From positions 1 to 64,000 of the forward strand of contig JAAILG010000356.1 in NCBI GenBank assembly GCA_012026655.1: a DNA stretch of 64,000 nt. The letters are read 5' to 3'. Position numbers and translations under genes: made by a program. The DNA comes from Hydrolagus affinis. Its lineage: Eukaryota. The notes under the pieces were generated by a model that did not search any database, was not told where the DNA came from, and worked only from the letters and a program-made list of their open reading frames with translations. Shown piece by piece: positions 50,912-63,228 of this stretch; positions within the stretch are counted from its first letter, which is position 1; every line of letters starts with the position of its first letter.

Positions 50912-53564
50912 TATAATGGGGTAGGATGAAATCATTTCAATTTATCGGTACATTGGTTCTCAAGAGTCTGAGAGTACAACCAGAGCTATTCCACTGAAAC
51001 AACATGTGTGAAACCATTCATTGGAATGAGTAGTCACTACCAATCTTATTGCTAAAATAAATTATTTGTAATTAATGCCATCTAGAGTACCCCCCCACCC
51101 CCTTTTATTTTGACTATGAATACATACTCAGATAGGCAGACTAAAGCTTGCTTACATACTGGGGCCAAATAGACAATGGAAGAAATTTATGGTGATTTGT
51201 AACAGATTTGTTCAAATACCACGACTAACGGATTATGAAATGTGGCAAATCTCAACCCACGGAAAATGTTTAATTCTCAATACTGTATAAGCACAGAATG
51301 AATGGGCTGTGGCTGTTAGTCATAGTGAGCGGAACTGTTAGCTAATACTATGATTCAAACTGATCTGAGCTTCAAATCCACTACATCAGGCTCTTGAACT
51401 TGGTCTTTCTGTTTGGGTGAAAGTTGACATCAGTATTGTCCCAATGGGAGAGAATGAACTACATTATTTCACAATTTATCCTTGTACCTCTCAACAGTTG
51501 TATATCCAGTTTTACTTTGAGTTAATCTTGGAGTAGCTTGTCCATCTGTCCTGGACTCAAACTCAATCTAAACGTTAGATATAATACATAGATAAGAGTG
51601 TTTTCAAATAGGAAGGGTTTAGATGGTTTAATAAAATTAAACCTTATAATAATTTTACTGTCTTATAAGACCTCCCTTTCATTTCTCTCTTCCTTGGATA
51701 ATAAAGTAGCAGTTACAATTGCAGTTTATGGCATTTCATAATACAGACTTCTCAACACACCCTGTCAAAACTTTAGCATTCTATTAACAAGTTTCAGACT
51801 ATCCATCTAATCAGAGTATGATTAAATATCCCAGTGTCACAAAGCCTCAGAAGAATGAGTTTATCCCAGTTTATTGGCTAACATGTAACTATTGCTTGCT
51901 CCTTGTAAGCCGAGAGGAAACTTACAACTTCTGTTTGAAACAGACAATGCTTCTGGACTACTCATACTCTACTTCCATCAATGATCAAGCAATGATTTAC
52001 CACCGATAAAGGACAATGGCCATTATGATTGAACATAATCTATAATTTGTGTTTGCAAATCCCCAAGTACCTCTTGATTCAGGGTGGTGACAGAAGGCTT
52101 GCAGTTTACCCAGTGAATCAGGTGACATTAATGTTTTGCAATGTTAAAAGATGATGAGAAAGCATTTCAATACAACTGTACTTTTGTTTCAAATTAGCTC
52201 CTCAGTTTCCTCTGCAAAATCAGAACACTGTACATACCGGTTAGCATTTGGCCGTACCATTTTCAGCACTTCTGAATCATTACTGACCAATGTGCCATTG
52301 AGATGCATATTTAATTCAAATAGAAAGTTAACAAACTTACATTCATTTTTCTTCATGCACAAAACATTAGATAGTTATTTGCTTAATTATTTGTACAATT
52401 TCCAGCAAAGCAAGGCAGGAGGCAGTTAGAATGGCAGCTCTGTCAGCCTCGGTTAAGAGAATGCAATCTTTGCACCAAAGGAATGACTGTGTCTCTCTGT
52501 GATTTGGGATTGAATCACAATGCATCAATGTGCTCACTATTGGCTATTACTTAGCATTATGCTTTCCATTCAATGGAATATCAATGTCATAATATACTGG
52601 AACAAAAATATTAGAAAACACACAAAGTGCCTTTGTATCCTGCAATGGAAGCATAGCGTTTGAATTTATTAAAATGAAATTATCAACAAAAGATGTTCCA
52701 TGGATAAATCACACGAAGGTGCTTTGAGTGTTTACCAGAGTTCTTGCTACTTCACAATGTACAAGACTATATCAATGTTGTGGTTAATGCTTAGCTCATG
52801 AATGATTATAATCAATATGCAAGCTTCATATAAATAGTTCCATATTGCATTACAAAGCACACATTTTCCTGCAATTCACTCTGTAACAAAATTCAGTAAT
52901 ACTTCAAGTCCTGACATATAATCCAATATACCTAGTCTTGTCAAAATTGGGCAAGATTCCTTTGTCCTGTAGCATAAAATGCAACTATGAAATCCGAACA
53001 ACATCACCTCAAAATCGCCTACATTAAACAAGTGGATTAACATAACGGTAAGAAGACAATTTGTATTGAAAATTCACGGTCTCACATGGAGCGTGCCACC
53101 ATAAGGAATCCCTCAATTGGATTACTGCTTTGTAAATCTCCGAGAGGTGTTCATGGTTGTCTACTTAATCCATACTGCGTGTGATCTCTCCCAACACCCG
53201 CGCTGTAATTTTGCCAGATTTTAAAGTTTTTTCTCTTGCAAAGGGGAAATCAATCTATGAAATCGGCATCAAATTCCTTACCAATGGCATTTAACAGCTG
53301 AACGCTAGCTGTTAATAGAGTGACACACTGATATTCAATTTCAGATTGCCCTTCTGCATCCTTCACATCCTCATCTCAGTTGTCATCGTGGTGCATCCCC
53401 ACACCACATTGTCCCATTAATTGTTTAGGAGAGCAGGTACATGGTATATGTGCTGCTCTTCAATGCTTCTGTTGCAAATACTGCATCTCCCTAGTTTTTT
53501 AGTTGCAGTTGGCAGGGCAATTGAGCAATAGTGGCTTGTCCAGCACTGGAGTACAGAAGGGCAT

Positions 53565-53670
53565 CCATATACAGTAAATTTGTTTTATAGTATATTCTGT
53601 GAAGCACTTTGATAAGTCTCAAATGTGATAAGGTGTTATATTCAAATGGAAGATGTATTATTGTTATTAC
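53565..53670 (+). mobile_element. SINE 3' tail
   Basis: agtatattctgtgaagcactttga...gtgataaggtgttatattcaaatg...tattattgttatt. Confidence 0.7.
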
Positions 53671-54183
53671 TGTATTAACATTCAGGATAGGATACTTAGT
53701 TGAAGGACAAGCCTGTCAGATTTAGTTATTCACTCAAATTGCCTACATTCCCACTTGCATCCTACCTCAAAGTTTTATTATTGTTTTATTGTTATTCAAA
53801 TACAAATACATTTCTGGACAAAATGTTTAATAATGATTTTTTTAATTCATGTCCCCCACAAAACCCACACTCCCCCCACCACCACCAATGCAGGCCAATG
53901 CTTGAGGAGAGGTTTGGAGTATTGGATGAGGCAGCTCAGCAAGGTCAGAGGCAGTCATGTGAAATATTGCGTTAAACCTGCCAAATGCTGTTCTGTTAGA
54001 TTTTTGTTTCCAAATGCTTTACTTCCCCCCCTCCCCCCCTACACCCTCCCACCACCACCCTCCCAAGTAAAGGAGTAAAGGTGCCAAAATATCCCAAAAT
54101 GAATTTCCTCCTTTTTCCTCTGTGGGTTGAGTGCTTACAGCACTGTTGGAGGCAGCTCAGGGAGACTGCAGACAGCTGTGTGA

Positions 54184-54250
54184 GGTTGCACGATGTGTCC
54201 TCAATTTTTCATACTGTCCTTCAATTGAAAATTGAGGACATCTAACAACC
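54184..54250. mobile_element. Short palindromic, possibly hAT-derived MITE remnant
   Basis: ggttgcacgatgtgtcctcaatttt ... aaaattgaggacatctaacaacc; ends resemble GGTTGCCAGATGTCC-type hAT TIRs; no 8-bp TSD seen. Confidence 0.45.
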
Positions 54251-54929
54251 AAGCAGAACGCAGGAAGGCAGGAATGGCTAAAAGTATAATCTAATCTATC
54301 TAGTGGGAGTCTGCCTAGATGCCCATCTGAGAACTGATGAAACTCCTGATACAGTTAGTTAAGGAGCTGTATATCCATCAATGCAGAGACTAGAACTTAC
54401 AATCATAGAGCTATGAAGTGAGGATTTTAGTAACTGCACTACTGCGCTGCTACGTGACAGAAAACAGTTAACAAATAATGAACTACATTGACTGCAGAAG
54501 ATATCAGCTAAACACCAAAGTCAATCTTGAGGGATGCAATAGTGATTAGAGTTGCGGTCAGTAAATCAATTCACCTTCTAAAATAAAGCCACCAAGATGC
54601 AAACTAAAGCCAGCAAGAATGATTCTTTGAATCCCGCAACAATTGTTTTGATTCTCCTAGAAAATAGCCAGTGTTGTGCTGTTAAACTATGTTGACAGAA
54701 AATTTCGAGTTGCCTGAAAAAGGTAGCACAAGCATGAGCAATGCAAAGGCGAGGAGGGGGGAGTTGTTTACTTTATTTTCGCTGATTAATCATTAGCATT
54801 AGGGGTGTCAAAGATGTGATATTATTTAACAGTAGCAAATATTTCAGGAAATTTCAATTGAAGAAGTAGGAAAGGAAATGACTTAATATGTCAGTCAAAA
54901 GATTAACTCTTCCTTAGGCATAGAAAAAT

Positions 54930-55135
54930 CATAATAAAATAATTATTGGATTTGATATAAGGCCTTCCATGTCAGGAGGATGTCTCTCGAAGTGCTTTAC
55001 AGGATTTACTGTAAAGTGTAGTGACTGTGCATTTTCTAGGCAGGCACTACAACCAATTTGCAAACATAAGTATCCCTCAAATAGCCTTGGTGTGAATGGC
55101 CAATTGTATCTGGTGGATTGTTGACCAGAACACAA
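54930..55135 (-). mobile_element. Deu-domain SINE, 5'-truncated
   Basis: atttgatataaggccttccatgtcaggaggatgtctc...ctgtaaagtgtagtgactg...gattgttgaccagaacac. Confidence 0.75.
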
Positions 55136-55188
55136 CTGCTGGGTAACGCCAGAAATGTTGCCAGAAATAGCGACGGTCAGTAACTCTT

Positions 55189-55319
55189 CCCTTGTAAAAA
55201 AGTACCATGGTAATGGTGATAGTACCATGGTAGTACTATGGTACTACCACCATAACCATGGTACTACCATGGTACTTCCGTGGTACTACCACCATTACCG
55301 TGGTACTTCTTTACAAGGG
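55189..55319. mobile_element. Palindromic MITE, CMC-EnSpm-like, 131 bp
   Basis: CCCTTGTAAAAAAGTACCATGGTAATGGTG ... CACCATTACCGTGGTACTTCTTTACAAGGG (28/30 inverted identity), interior of GTACCATGGTA-type units, TT on both flanks. Confidence 0.8.
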
Positions 55320-57287
55320 TTAAGTCTCTCTAGGAGATTTGAAATACAGTATTTAGCTCAGAAACATAATAATAGAAGATGGCAAAACAGCACCATCAAA
55401 ACTAGGAATGTGCCAGCACCATAGTATATTTTTATTTCCCTTCCTACCAGGTACCACAATAATTATGCTCTATAAAATGGCAAGCTGTTGTCTATTAAGC
55501 CACACAGAGCCATGCGGAACAAACACAATCTTGTTACCCTCAATAACATCTCAGTTGAGCACCAGACTTTAGATGGAAAGATTTGGGTTTGAATCTTTCA
55601 GTGAGCACAGTGAGCCATATCCTTCTTTTGAAAGCTTTACGTGTTTTCATTGGGAGCAAGTTAAGCAGTATCAGTGTGGCTCTAAACAAGCTTTGAGGCG
55701 ACAACCTTGATAAAGATGTGTAGTAGGTACACCAGAAATACACAGCACTGTTCATGATCGACTAGCTTCTCTGGATTTTCAATGAGAATTTTGTTGGTGT
55801 AGACTGTCTAAACTACAAGCTAAAGCCCTGATGAGTGGGAGGTACTCTCATTGACAAGTATGATGCTCAGTATTTACTATTTGTTACTGTCACGCCAGCT
55901 ATAAACAACAAATACTGAATATGCAATCTACTAAAGTAGCAAAGCATTGTGTAGCAATGGTAAAATGATAGAGAGATATAAGAGAAAAGAAAGGAATTAT
56001 TTCCTAACCATAGACATTCAGTCATTTACTAAAACCAGTGGTTAAATGCAAAACTGAATCAGATTCACTACATTCAGTAATAACCCTAATTGAAGCCTCA
56101 GATTCAATTACTTTGCTAAACTCACTTTTTAAAACATCTTTTATCATTTCCTGTTGTATTTTAGAATCTGAAGAAATGGCTGCTGAGTTAAATCGAATCC
56201 ATCCAATACATTCCTTTGACAATTGTACTCTTTTTTCTTATTCAACAGAAAGTTATTTGAACTTTGTCCGCTGATGTCAAGAATAAAATAAAGCAAATAT
56301 TTACAGTGAGAAGTCCACAGTCAAAGAAGCTGCATTAATATTCCTCCTACTGATAATTGTTTGCAGTGTCCCCCTTCACCCGTGACAAATGACCTGATTA
56401 AATGATTTGCAAACAAAATATGCGAAAAGCCCTTGATTTATTGGCCCGGAAGACAGATCAAGGTACTCTCCTGTTACTTGACCCTTGGTCTTTGGCAGGA
56501 GTGCCCACGGTTAGGCCTTAATTGTCTACCCAGTGGCAGAAGGCCAGCCAAGTTAAACTGCTGGTCAACAGACAATACACAGCTTAGGAAGTGGTCATCT
56601 GGGCTGGGAATTGGGGAGTTAACCCACCATGATTCACAAGCAGCCGACATTTGTGGAGCACTTGGGTCATAGGAAGCCACTGTCTGACTGAAGCTAGACA
56701 AATGTGATTAACAGCTCCGCCAGCCTCTTGTGCCGTAGACTGATTAGCAATGTATTTGTACTTTGGCTAAAGGCACATCATTTTCCTGGTAGTCCCTTTC
56801 TGTTCCACTGTTTCCAGTAGCATATTAGCTTTAGATCTGCTGCTTTTCATTAGTCACCATGTTCCAAGTGGTCACTGAAGCCTTTCCAGCTGATTTTTTA
56901 GTTAAATCATTTTCTGCCCTGTCACTGATGGATGGCAGCAAGTCCCTTACTCAGTGTATCACATATGAATTATTAAGATACACAAGTACCTCTGATATGT
57001 CATCTCACTCATTTGCATGACACATTGCTATTATCATAGATCAGCATAGCACACTCACTCATTTTTTCTTTGATGGTTACAATGGTAAAGAATAAATGAT
57101 AAATATCATCTTAAATGACACAGTGTCTCCTCTATACTTTAGATCATGATTAAGCACCCCTACAAAAAAAATCACATTACAGGGTCTGCCATTAAACCAT
57201 ATTTAATGTTTCATGTAGTTTTATAATTCTTTTTAAAAAATTGGGAAATGACAGAACGGAAATGTTTTGATTATAGCTCACCCGGAT

Positions 57288-57325
57288 CACAGAGGGCTGT
57301 TAAAAACACAGAGGGCTGTTAAAAA
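57288..57325. repeat. Perfect 19-bp tandem duplication
   Basis: cacagagggctgttaaaaa x2. Confidence 0.95.
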
Positions 57326-57411
57326 GAGTCGAATGCAAATATAATCTCCCAGTTTATGAGCAGCACAATTATGGGTACAGTAAACTTCTTTCTCAATCGA
57401 TCTTCTTCACC

Positions 57412-57806
57412 TGGATCAGTTGGCAGCACTCCTGCCTCTGAGTCAGAAGGTGGTGGGTTCAAGGTCCGTGTTGGGAATTTTGAACTGACTGTCTATACTG
57501 CAATGCCGCTGGTCATATTGCTGCATTGTTTGAGGTGCCGTCCTTCAGATGAGACAGAGGTGGACGTTAAAGGTCCTGTGGCACTACTAGAAAAATTTAG
57601 GGTGTTTCTCCTGATGTCCTGAACAACAATCCCCCAAACTAAGTTGATCTTTCACATTGTGGCTGTTTGGCGTGTCTGAGCACATTAGCTGCAGTGTTCG
57701 CCTACAAAATATACAGTCACTACACTTTACAGTATACCCCGTGCAGCTCTTTGAAACTTCCCTTTGTTCATAAAAGGCACAATATCAAGCTAAAGGATGA
57801 GGATAA
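57412..57806 (+). mobile_element. Full-length tRNA-headed Deu-domain SINE (SacSINE1-like)
   Basis: Head ggatcagttggcagcactcctgcctctgagtcagaaggtggtgggttcaag; Deu domain gaggtgccgtccttcagatgagac...ttaaaggtcctgtggcact...tgtcctga; L2-type tail. Confidence 0.85.
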
Positions 57807-57880
57807 GTTTTTTTCTCAGCAATCTTACAAACCATAAAACTATCAGATCAGGAATTCTAAGAGGACTTCACTAATCAGCT

Positions 57881-58230
57881 AATAATAATAATAATGATGA
57901 TAATGATCCTTGCATTAGATATAGCACCTTATCACATCTTGGAGACATCTCACCACAGAATATATTGTAAAGTGAATTTACTGTATATTTATAGGAGTAA
58001 AATGTACAAGTTGGTGAAGTGACCACAAAATAATAATAATAATAATCGTTGCATTTGATACAGTGCTTTTAACATCTTCTAGACGCTTCATAGAATATAC
58101 TGTAAAGTGAATTGACTGTATATTTGTGGGTAAAACGCGACAGACAATTGCGCACAGCAGTGTCACACAAACAGTTGTGGATTGAAATGATCAATTTTAT
58201 TATTGTGTTTTTTTTTTAGGGATTATTATT
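57881..58230 (-). mobile_element. Two tandem 5'-truncated SINEs (57881-58025, 58030-58230)
   Basis: Each starts with (AAT)n-tgcatt(a/t)gata and is the reverse complement of 45890-46084. Confidence 0.85.
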
Positions 58231-59014
58231 ACCCGTTTGCATACAATTTGACTGCAGCACTTTCTTTGAATGGCAGCATGGCATAATTTGACTTGATTTG
58301 CAGTATTAAACCCAAAGCCAGGTTTTGAATCAATAACTCTCTGGTAGCAGTATATTCAAGCTAAAGGATTCTCCCAGTGCTCCAGTCAGATAACCTATGA
58401 CCCAAAGTTGAAAGGTATAGGGTTTCCCTCTTAAGAGAATAACTGATATTCCATAATTGGTTCTCACATCAAATATACAAGAACAGAGGAGTGCAATAGG
58501 ACTGAAAATGACTTATGAAGAAAGTAATTTGTTCAATAAGTTGGTGTTTAATTTTTACTTTTGCATTAATAGAATGGTTTAAGGCAGTTGATACGAAACT
58601 AAACTTATACAAAAGGCAAAAGTAAATGAGCATTTGCAGAACACAAAGTGCAGAGTATTAATATGCAATTTGTTAGGTATTACAAAGCTGCATTTAAATA
58701 GAAAAACATATTCTCATAGTACAAGTAGCAAAGTTCACATATTTAATACTGTAATCAGTGAAAAATTATTAAAATGTCCAGATCAGTGGTATAAGCTTAT
58801 GAAGAGTAGACAATATTGCCAATGGGTTAAAGGTTTGTAACTAAAACTGCATCTTAATTTAACAATCTCTCATGCTTCTGAGCTGAGTTCAAATCATAAT
58901 ATTGACGTCACCATTTCAACTCCCAGCAGTTCCAAAGAATTCCAAACACCCTGGGACATTCATTTTTAAAAAAAAGTTCACACACTTTGACCACTGAAAC
59001 AAATATAAAAATCA

Positions 59015-59170
59015 CAATGGGTTGTATGTGGAATGTAGCTGTGTGCAATTTAGCTGCTGTGTTTTTCCACAAAAATACATTCACCATCCTTTACAGAAAA
59101 TCCTATGATGCTTTTTGACACATTCTCCCGATGTTAAAGGCAGGTGCCAAATGCATGGATTATTATTATT
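59015..59170 (+). mobile_element. SINE 3' half, diverged
   Basis: gctgtgtgcaatttagctgctgtgttt...ctttacagaaaatcct...caaatgcatggattattattatt. Confidence 0.65.
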
Positions 59171-59954
59171 AACATTAGATAAAATTAGCATTAAACATAG
59201 GATCAAAATGCAACAGAGAGAAACAGAAAAAGGTATAGAGAATAAATGAGGGCCAACAGAGCCAGCATAATAAAGTTTTACAAAAAGCTTCTTGTTATTT
59301 TTCAATCATGTTTTTTATTTCAAGGGTCAGGATTAATATCCCATAAAAATGATAGCACTATGGTAACCAGCTGCTTACTCTAATAGTGGTATTTAAATAG
59401 CGCATCATCTGAAAACCTAGTCTCCAATAACCTCCAGGGAACCTAACTTCTTTAGACGACAGTATCACTTAAATGTCTAATGTTAACTTCTGTTCAGAGA
59501 TCTGCACACTGCAAGTTGTTGTTCATTGTTGTTCACCTGTTTGAAGTACTATGTACATATATGTTCAATCAATCCCACAGCTTCCTCTTTCATCCTTCTG
59601 TTTCAGATTGATATGCGAGGCAGGGAACTTGAAAAGCCCTGTATTGGCTCCAAATGCCAGTTTGTGGGCCAGTCGGGAGATTTTGTGCTTTTGACCTTGT
59701 TGTTTTATTGGGGTGACAAATTATTGCTCTATTTTCAGAACTCAAGATTCATCCAAAGCACCAACTCGTCTCTTCAGAGGGTAGCTGAGCGATGGCCAAA
59801 CCAGTTAACATACTGTTCAGCACATCAGGAGTTAACACAATAAATGTACACTATAAATGCATCTTATTTTACTGTCCCACGTTTTCTAAAATTAATCTAA
59901 GTAGATTAATTTTAGAAACCTTTCCATTGTGACACTGTCACATGCAGATTACGA

Positions 59955-60255
59955 TACCCTCATCTACTTACCCCTTTCATAGTCTCGCACCTCACTATCT
60001 CTGTGATTTCCAACCTCAGTTTCTTGCTCAGCCTTCTACCTAGCAAACAGCTGCGTGTCCCCTGTCTCCTCCACATCACCATCAGCAACTTTCTCTTTCT
60101 GTCTTCAACACCCGCCTAAAAATCTACCTCCTCTACTTAGCCTATGGCCACCTCCCTCCTCCCCTCTTGCTCGGATCCTGTCTACAGAGCCAAGCTGCTA
60201 CTCAGAGTTGCTACTCTGTGTGAAGGGTGCTATATAAATGCAAGTTGTTGTTATT
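59955..60255 (+). mobile_element. L2 LINE 3' remnant
   Basis: C-rich ORF2-end-like text (ttcaacacccgcctaaaaatctacctc...gcctatggccacc = FNTRLKIYL...AYGH) and tail gaagggtgctatataaatgcaagttgttgtt. Confidence 0.75.
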
Positions 60256-61905
60256 TTCTACATTGTCACATATACACTGCAATGTGGTTCATCTGACATC
60301 ACTCAACCACTGCTCTCCATAACGGATGACCTCTGTCTCGAACCCATTCTGACATGGCACCAAGCATTTTTCACAAAGGGAAAGAGAGGGATAAATAGGC
60401 TCTTGTATATATCACTACAACTCATGGCTGACCAGGGAATGAATTGCAGAAGTAGATGGGGTCCTGATTCAGTATCGGGTTCTTATAGATTTCTGCAATT
60501 CACTCCTAACCATTCATTATTCTAATGGAACCAACAACACATCTCACTCAAACCCAACTCAAAACCACCGTTAGCAAAGCTATTATAGAACATAGGACTT
60601 GAGCTTCTAATCAAAAGCGTGGAATGAAATGAAATTTGTGATCCATACAACGAGTGCCTGTGGTAGGCTCATATAGCAGAGATTTGTCTTCACTCTTAAC
60701 ACATGAGTGTTTTTAAGCTGCGGTTAAAACTGCAACAGCAGCTGGCTGCTGAACAAACTGAATGTGTAAACCCAACAGCCAGGACAATGTACAATGATTC
60801 TGTGCATTCTTTGCCTTTTTATACCTTTGAGGCTGCTGTTGTTGCAAACTGATGCCTGAGACCTCTGACCCAGGACTGTCCAGCGCGTGACATGGTGCGA
60901 CATTGCAGTGTTCAGTGTTCCGCTGAGGGCAGTCAGCAGATAAACCACTCCTGAAATTTCTTAATCACGTCACCTTAAGGGACGAGTAAAATAATTCTAA
61001 TTATGCTTTCCGATAATGATTTATCAATCACGCTTTCCAAACAAACAGCGCACTTTTGAAAATGCGGAGGGAGACACTGTGCACAGAAAAAGATTGTGGT
61101 TGCTGGAAATAGACTAGCCTGTATTCGATCATTGCATGAAAGAAAAAAAAGTTCACATTTCAAATATGGTCTTTCACAAGATCTCACGAGTGGTCGTATC
61201 CAAATCCTCTTTCATGTTTGTAAAAGTGGAACAAAAAGGATGACTAGTTTCCGCAATTGATTCACCTTAGTCTCTGCTAACTTTCCTTCCTGTTCTGCGT
61301 GGTAATTGACTCTCTGTGAAAGTTTTACTAAAAAAAACTTTCCCAACTTGATCTGTGCATTTGTTTTTTTTCTTAAAAAAATGTGTCCAGCTGTAATGTT
61401 TATCTGAACGAAGACAGGTCCTTGGATGATTTTATCTCTTCTTTCAACGCTGATCATCACATGTATCGGAATGTAATTACTGGAGGAGTTAAGGACATGT
61501 CACTCGAAGAGTTAATGGAGTATTCTCGGAATGCTCTGAGAAAGAAACTGGATTAATGAGCAAATGCTCTTATATAGGTCACCAAGGATTAGATTTTTTT
61601 GCTATTATTGTTGATGTTCTAATGATTGGGAAACTTGAATTTTTTTATGAGCTACTCATGCCTGGAAAACTCCCAGCTTTTGAAAACATCCTGATATCTG
61701 GGCCAAGCAAGTGTGGGAATCTTTGGATGGGAAATATCTGAATTGTTGCTACTCGGTGGATTGTATTGCGGATGACAAAAAAGGGGGATTTTTAATGAAC
61801 AATTTCCTCATTTCCTGTCTTTGATAAAAACACAGACCGACACTTCCAGAATTCACATAACAGTTTTGTAAATTTAACTAAAGAAACAGATCAAGTTATT
61901 GCATA

Positions 61906-62140
61906 CAACAACAACAACAAAATTACACTTGTAAAGTGCTTTTCAGGTTAGGAGGACGTCCCAAGGCGCTGTACAGTCATTGTTTCAGATCCGAGCTGCG
62001 GTCGGGGCCGAGGAGAGTGGAGGGAAAGTGGGGGATATGGGATGACCGATGGGACCATCGAAGAGGAGTGCCTTGAGGTGGGACTTGAAGGATTCCAGGG
62101 AGGGGACAAGGCGGAGGAACTGCGAGATGGAGTTAGGGTT
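61906..62140 (-). mobile_element. L2 LINE 3' end
   Basis: Minus strand encodes LESFKSHLKALLFDGPIGHP (compare 33070-33420), then cagcgccttgggacgtcctcctaacctgaaaagcac...(TTG)n. Confidence 0.85.
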
Positions 62141-62325
62141 ACTAACATCAATGTTACTGGTACGTTGTGTTAGAGCAGTAAAATAACTCTAAAGTGTTTC
62201 TTTCCAAACCTATCTTGTGTTGCTGTAGCTGCAAAGTGACTTTATAGTGTATATTTTACTAAATAAGAATCTACAAATGTGTAATATTAAAATAAACCTT
62301 TTATATTTACAATGTAATTTAATAC

Positions 62326-62390
62326 GAGTGTGGGATTTGAAGCTGCAACCATCTGGTGGGAGAAGATAGTGCCTATGCTGTCAGCCTCAT
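62326..62390 (-). mobile_element. Degenerate SINE tRNA head
   Basis: gtgggatttgaagctgcaaccatctg...tagtgc resembles the reverse complement of the 57412 head. Confidence 0.4.
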
Positions 62391-63228
62391 GAGCTGTCAC
62401 TTTGTTACATACCTGAACCCTATAATAATTCTCATGATTTCTCTAAACTCCGTCAGTTACATTAGTTACAGTCTTAAATTCTGTCAGATTGTCACAGTTA
62501 TGCATGTACATTGAACCACAGGTACTGTGGAAAAACTTGCATCCTGCAGCATTGACTGTAATTTATAGTCAAAATGGTATTGCTGTCAATAGTGGGCAGC
62601 TTCCCCTGTACATTACTGGACACATTGACCTGCAATCTCTTTTTAAAGGTAACAATATTGGGTAGATTAAGCTAGCCAGTTATGGAGGCTTTTATCTGAA
62701 GATCACATCTTTTCTATTGTTACAGCAAAAAGCAATAGTTGTTTGTAACAATTACGGCAGTTTTGAATATCATATGTTACTGACTCATCTACCCAATACT
62801 TGCATTAAGCTGTCACTGGTCATTTGACTATTTGATAACACGACATATTATTGTGTAATGACTTGGCAACATTATGATCATTTAATAAAGAATATGACAC
62901 AGTGCCATGAGCAAAATAATCCCCCAAGTGATATTAAAGTGTGTATGAGTTATTTAGTCTGGATCAGGAGTGAATTATATTGCATATTTGTCTTCCAAAG
63001 ACATGCATTACATGTCTACAGGAACCTGTAATGATGTGAATATTCATCACATGAGATCTCAAAGCAATACTACAAGGACTGGGATGCGAGTATTGCATGG
63101 CATTCAGGGAAAAAAAATGAAATCAGGCTGAGGGGAAAAAAAACAAAGGAAATATGGTGCTTAATAACTGAACATAAATTATAACCACTCAACGCATTGT
63201 GAAAATGCTTCACCATTAGTTAAAATAT

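Noticed and set aside
55189-55319. CRISPR-like array
   Set aside because: Units abut with no unique spacers, no cas genes, vertebrate context.
55228-55424. ORFs with repeated WYYHH motifs
   Set aside because: Translation artefact of the palindromic MITE units.
55826-55860. CTGATGA hammerhead-like core
   Set aside because: No GAAA or stem III follows; other CTGA(T/A)GA hits I noticed fail the same test.
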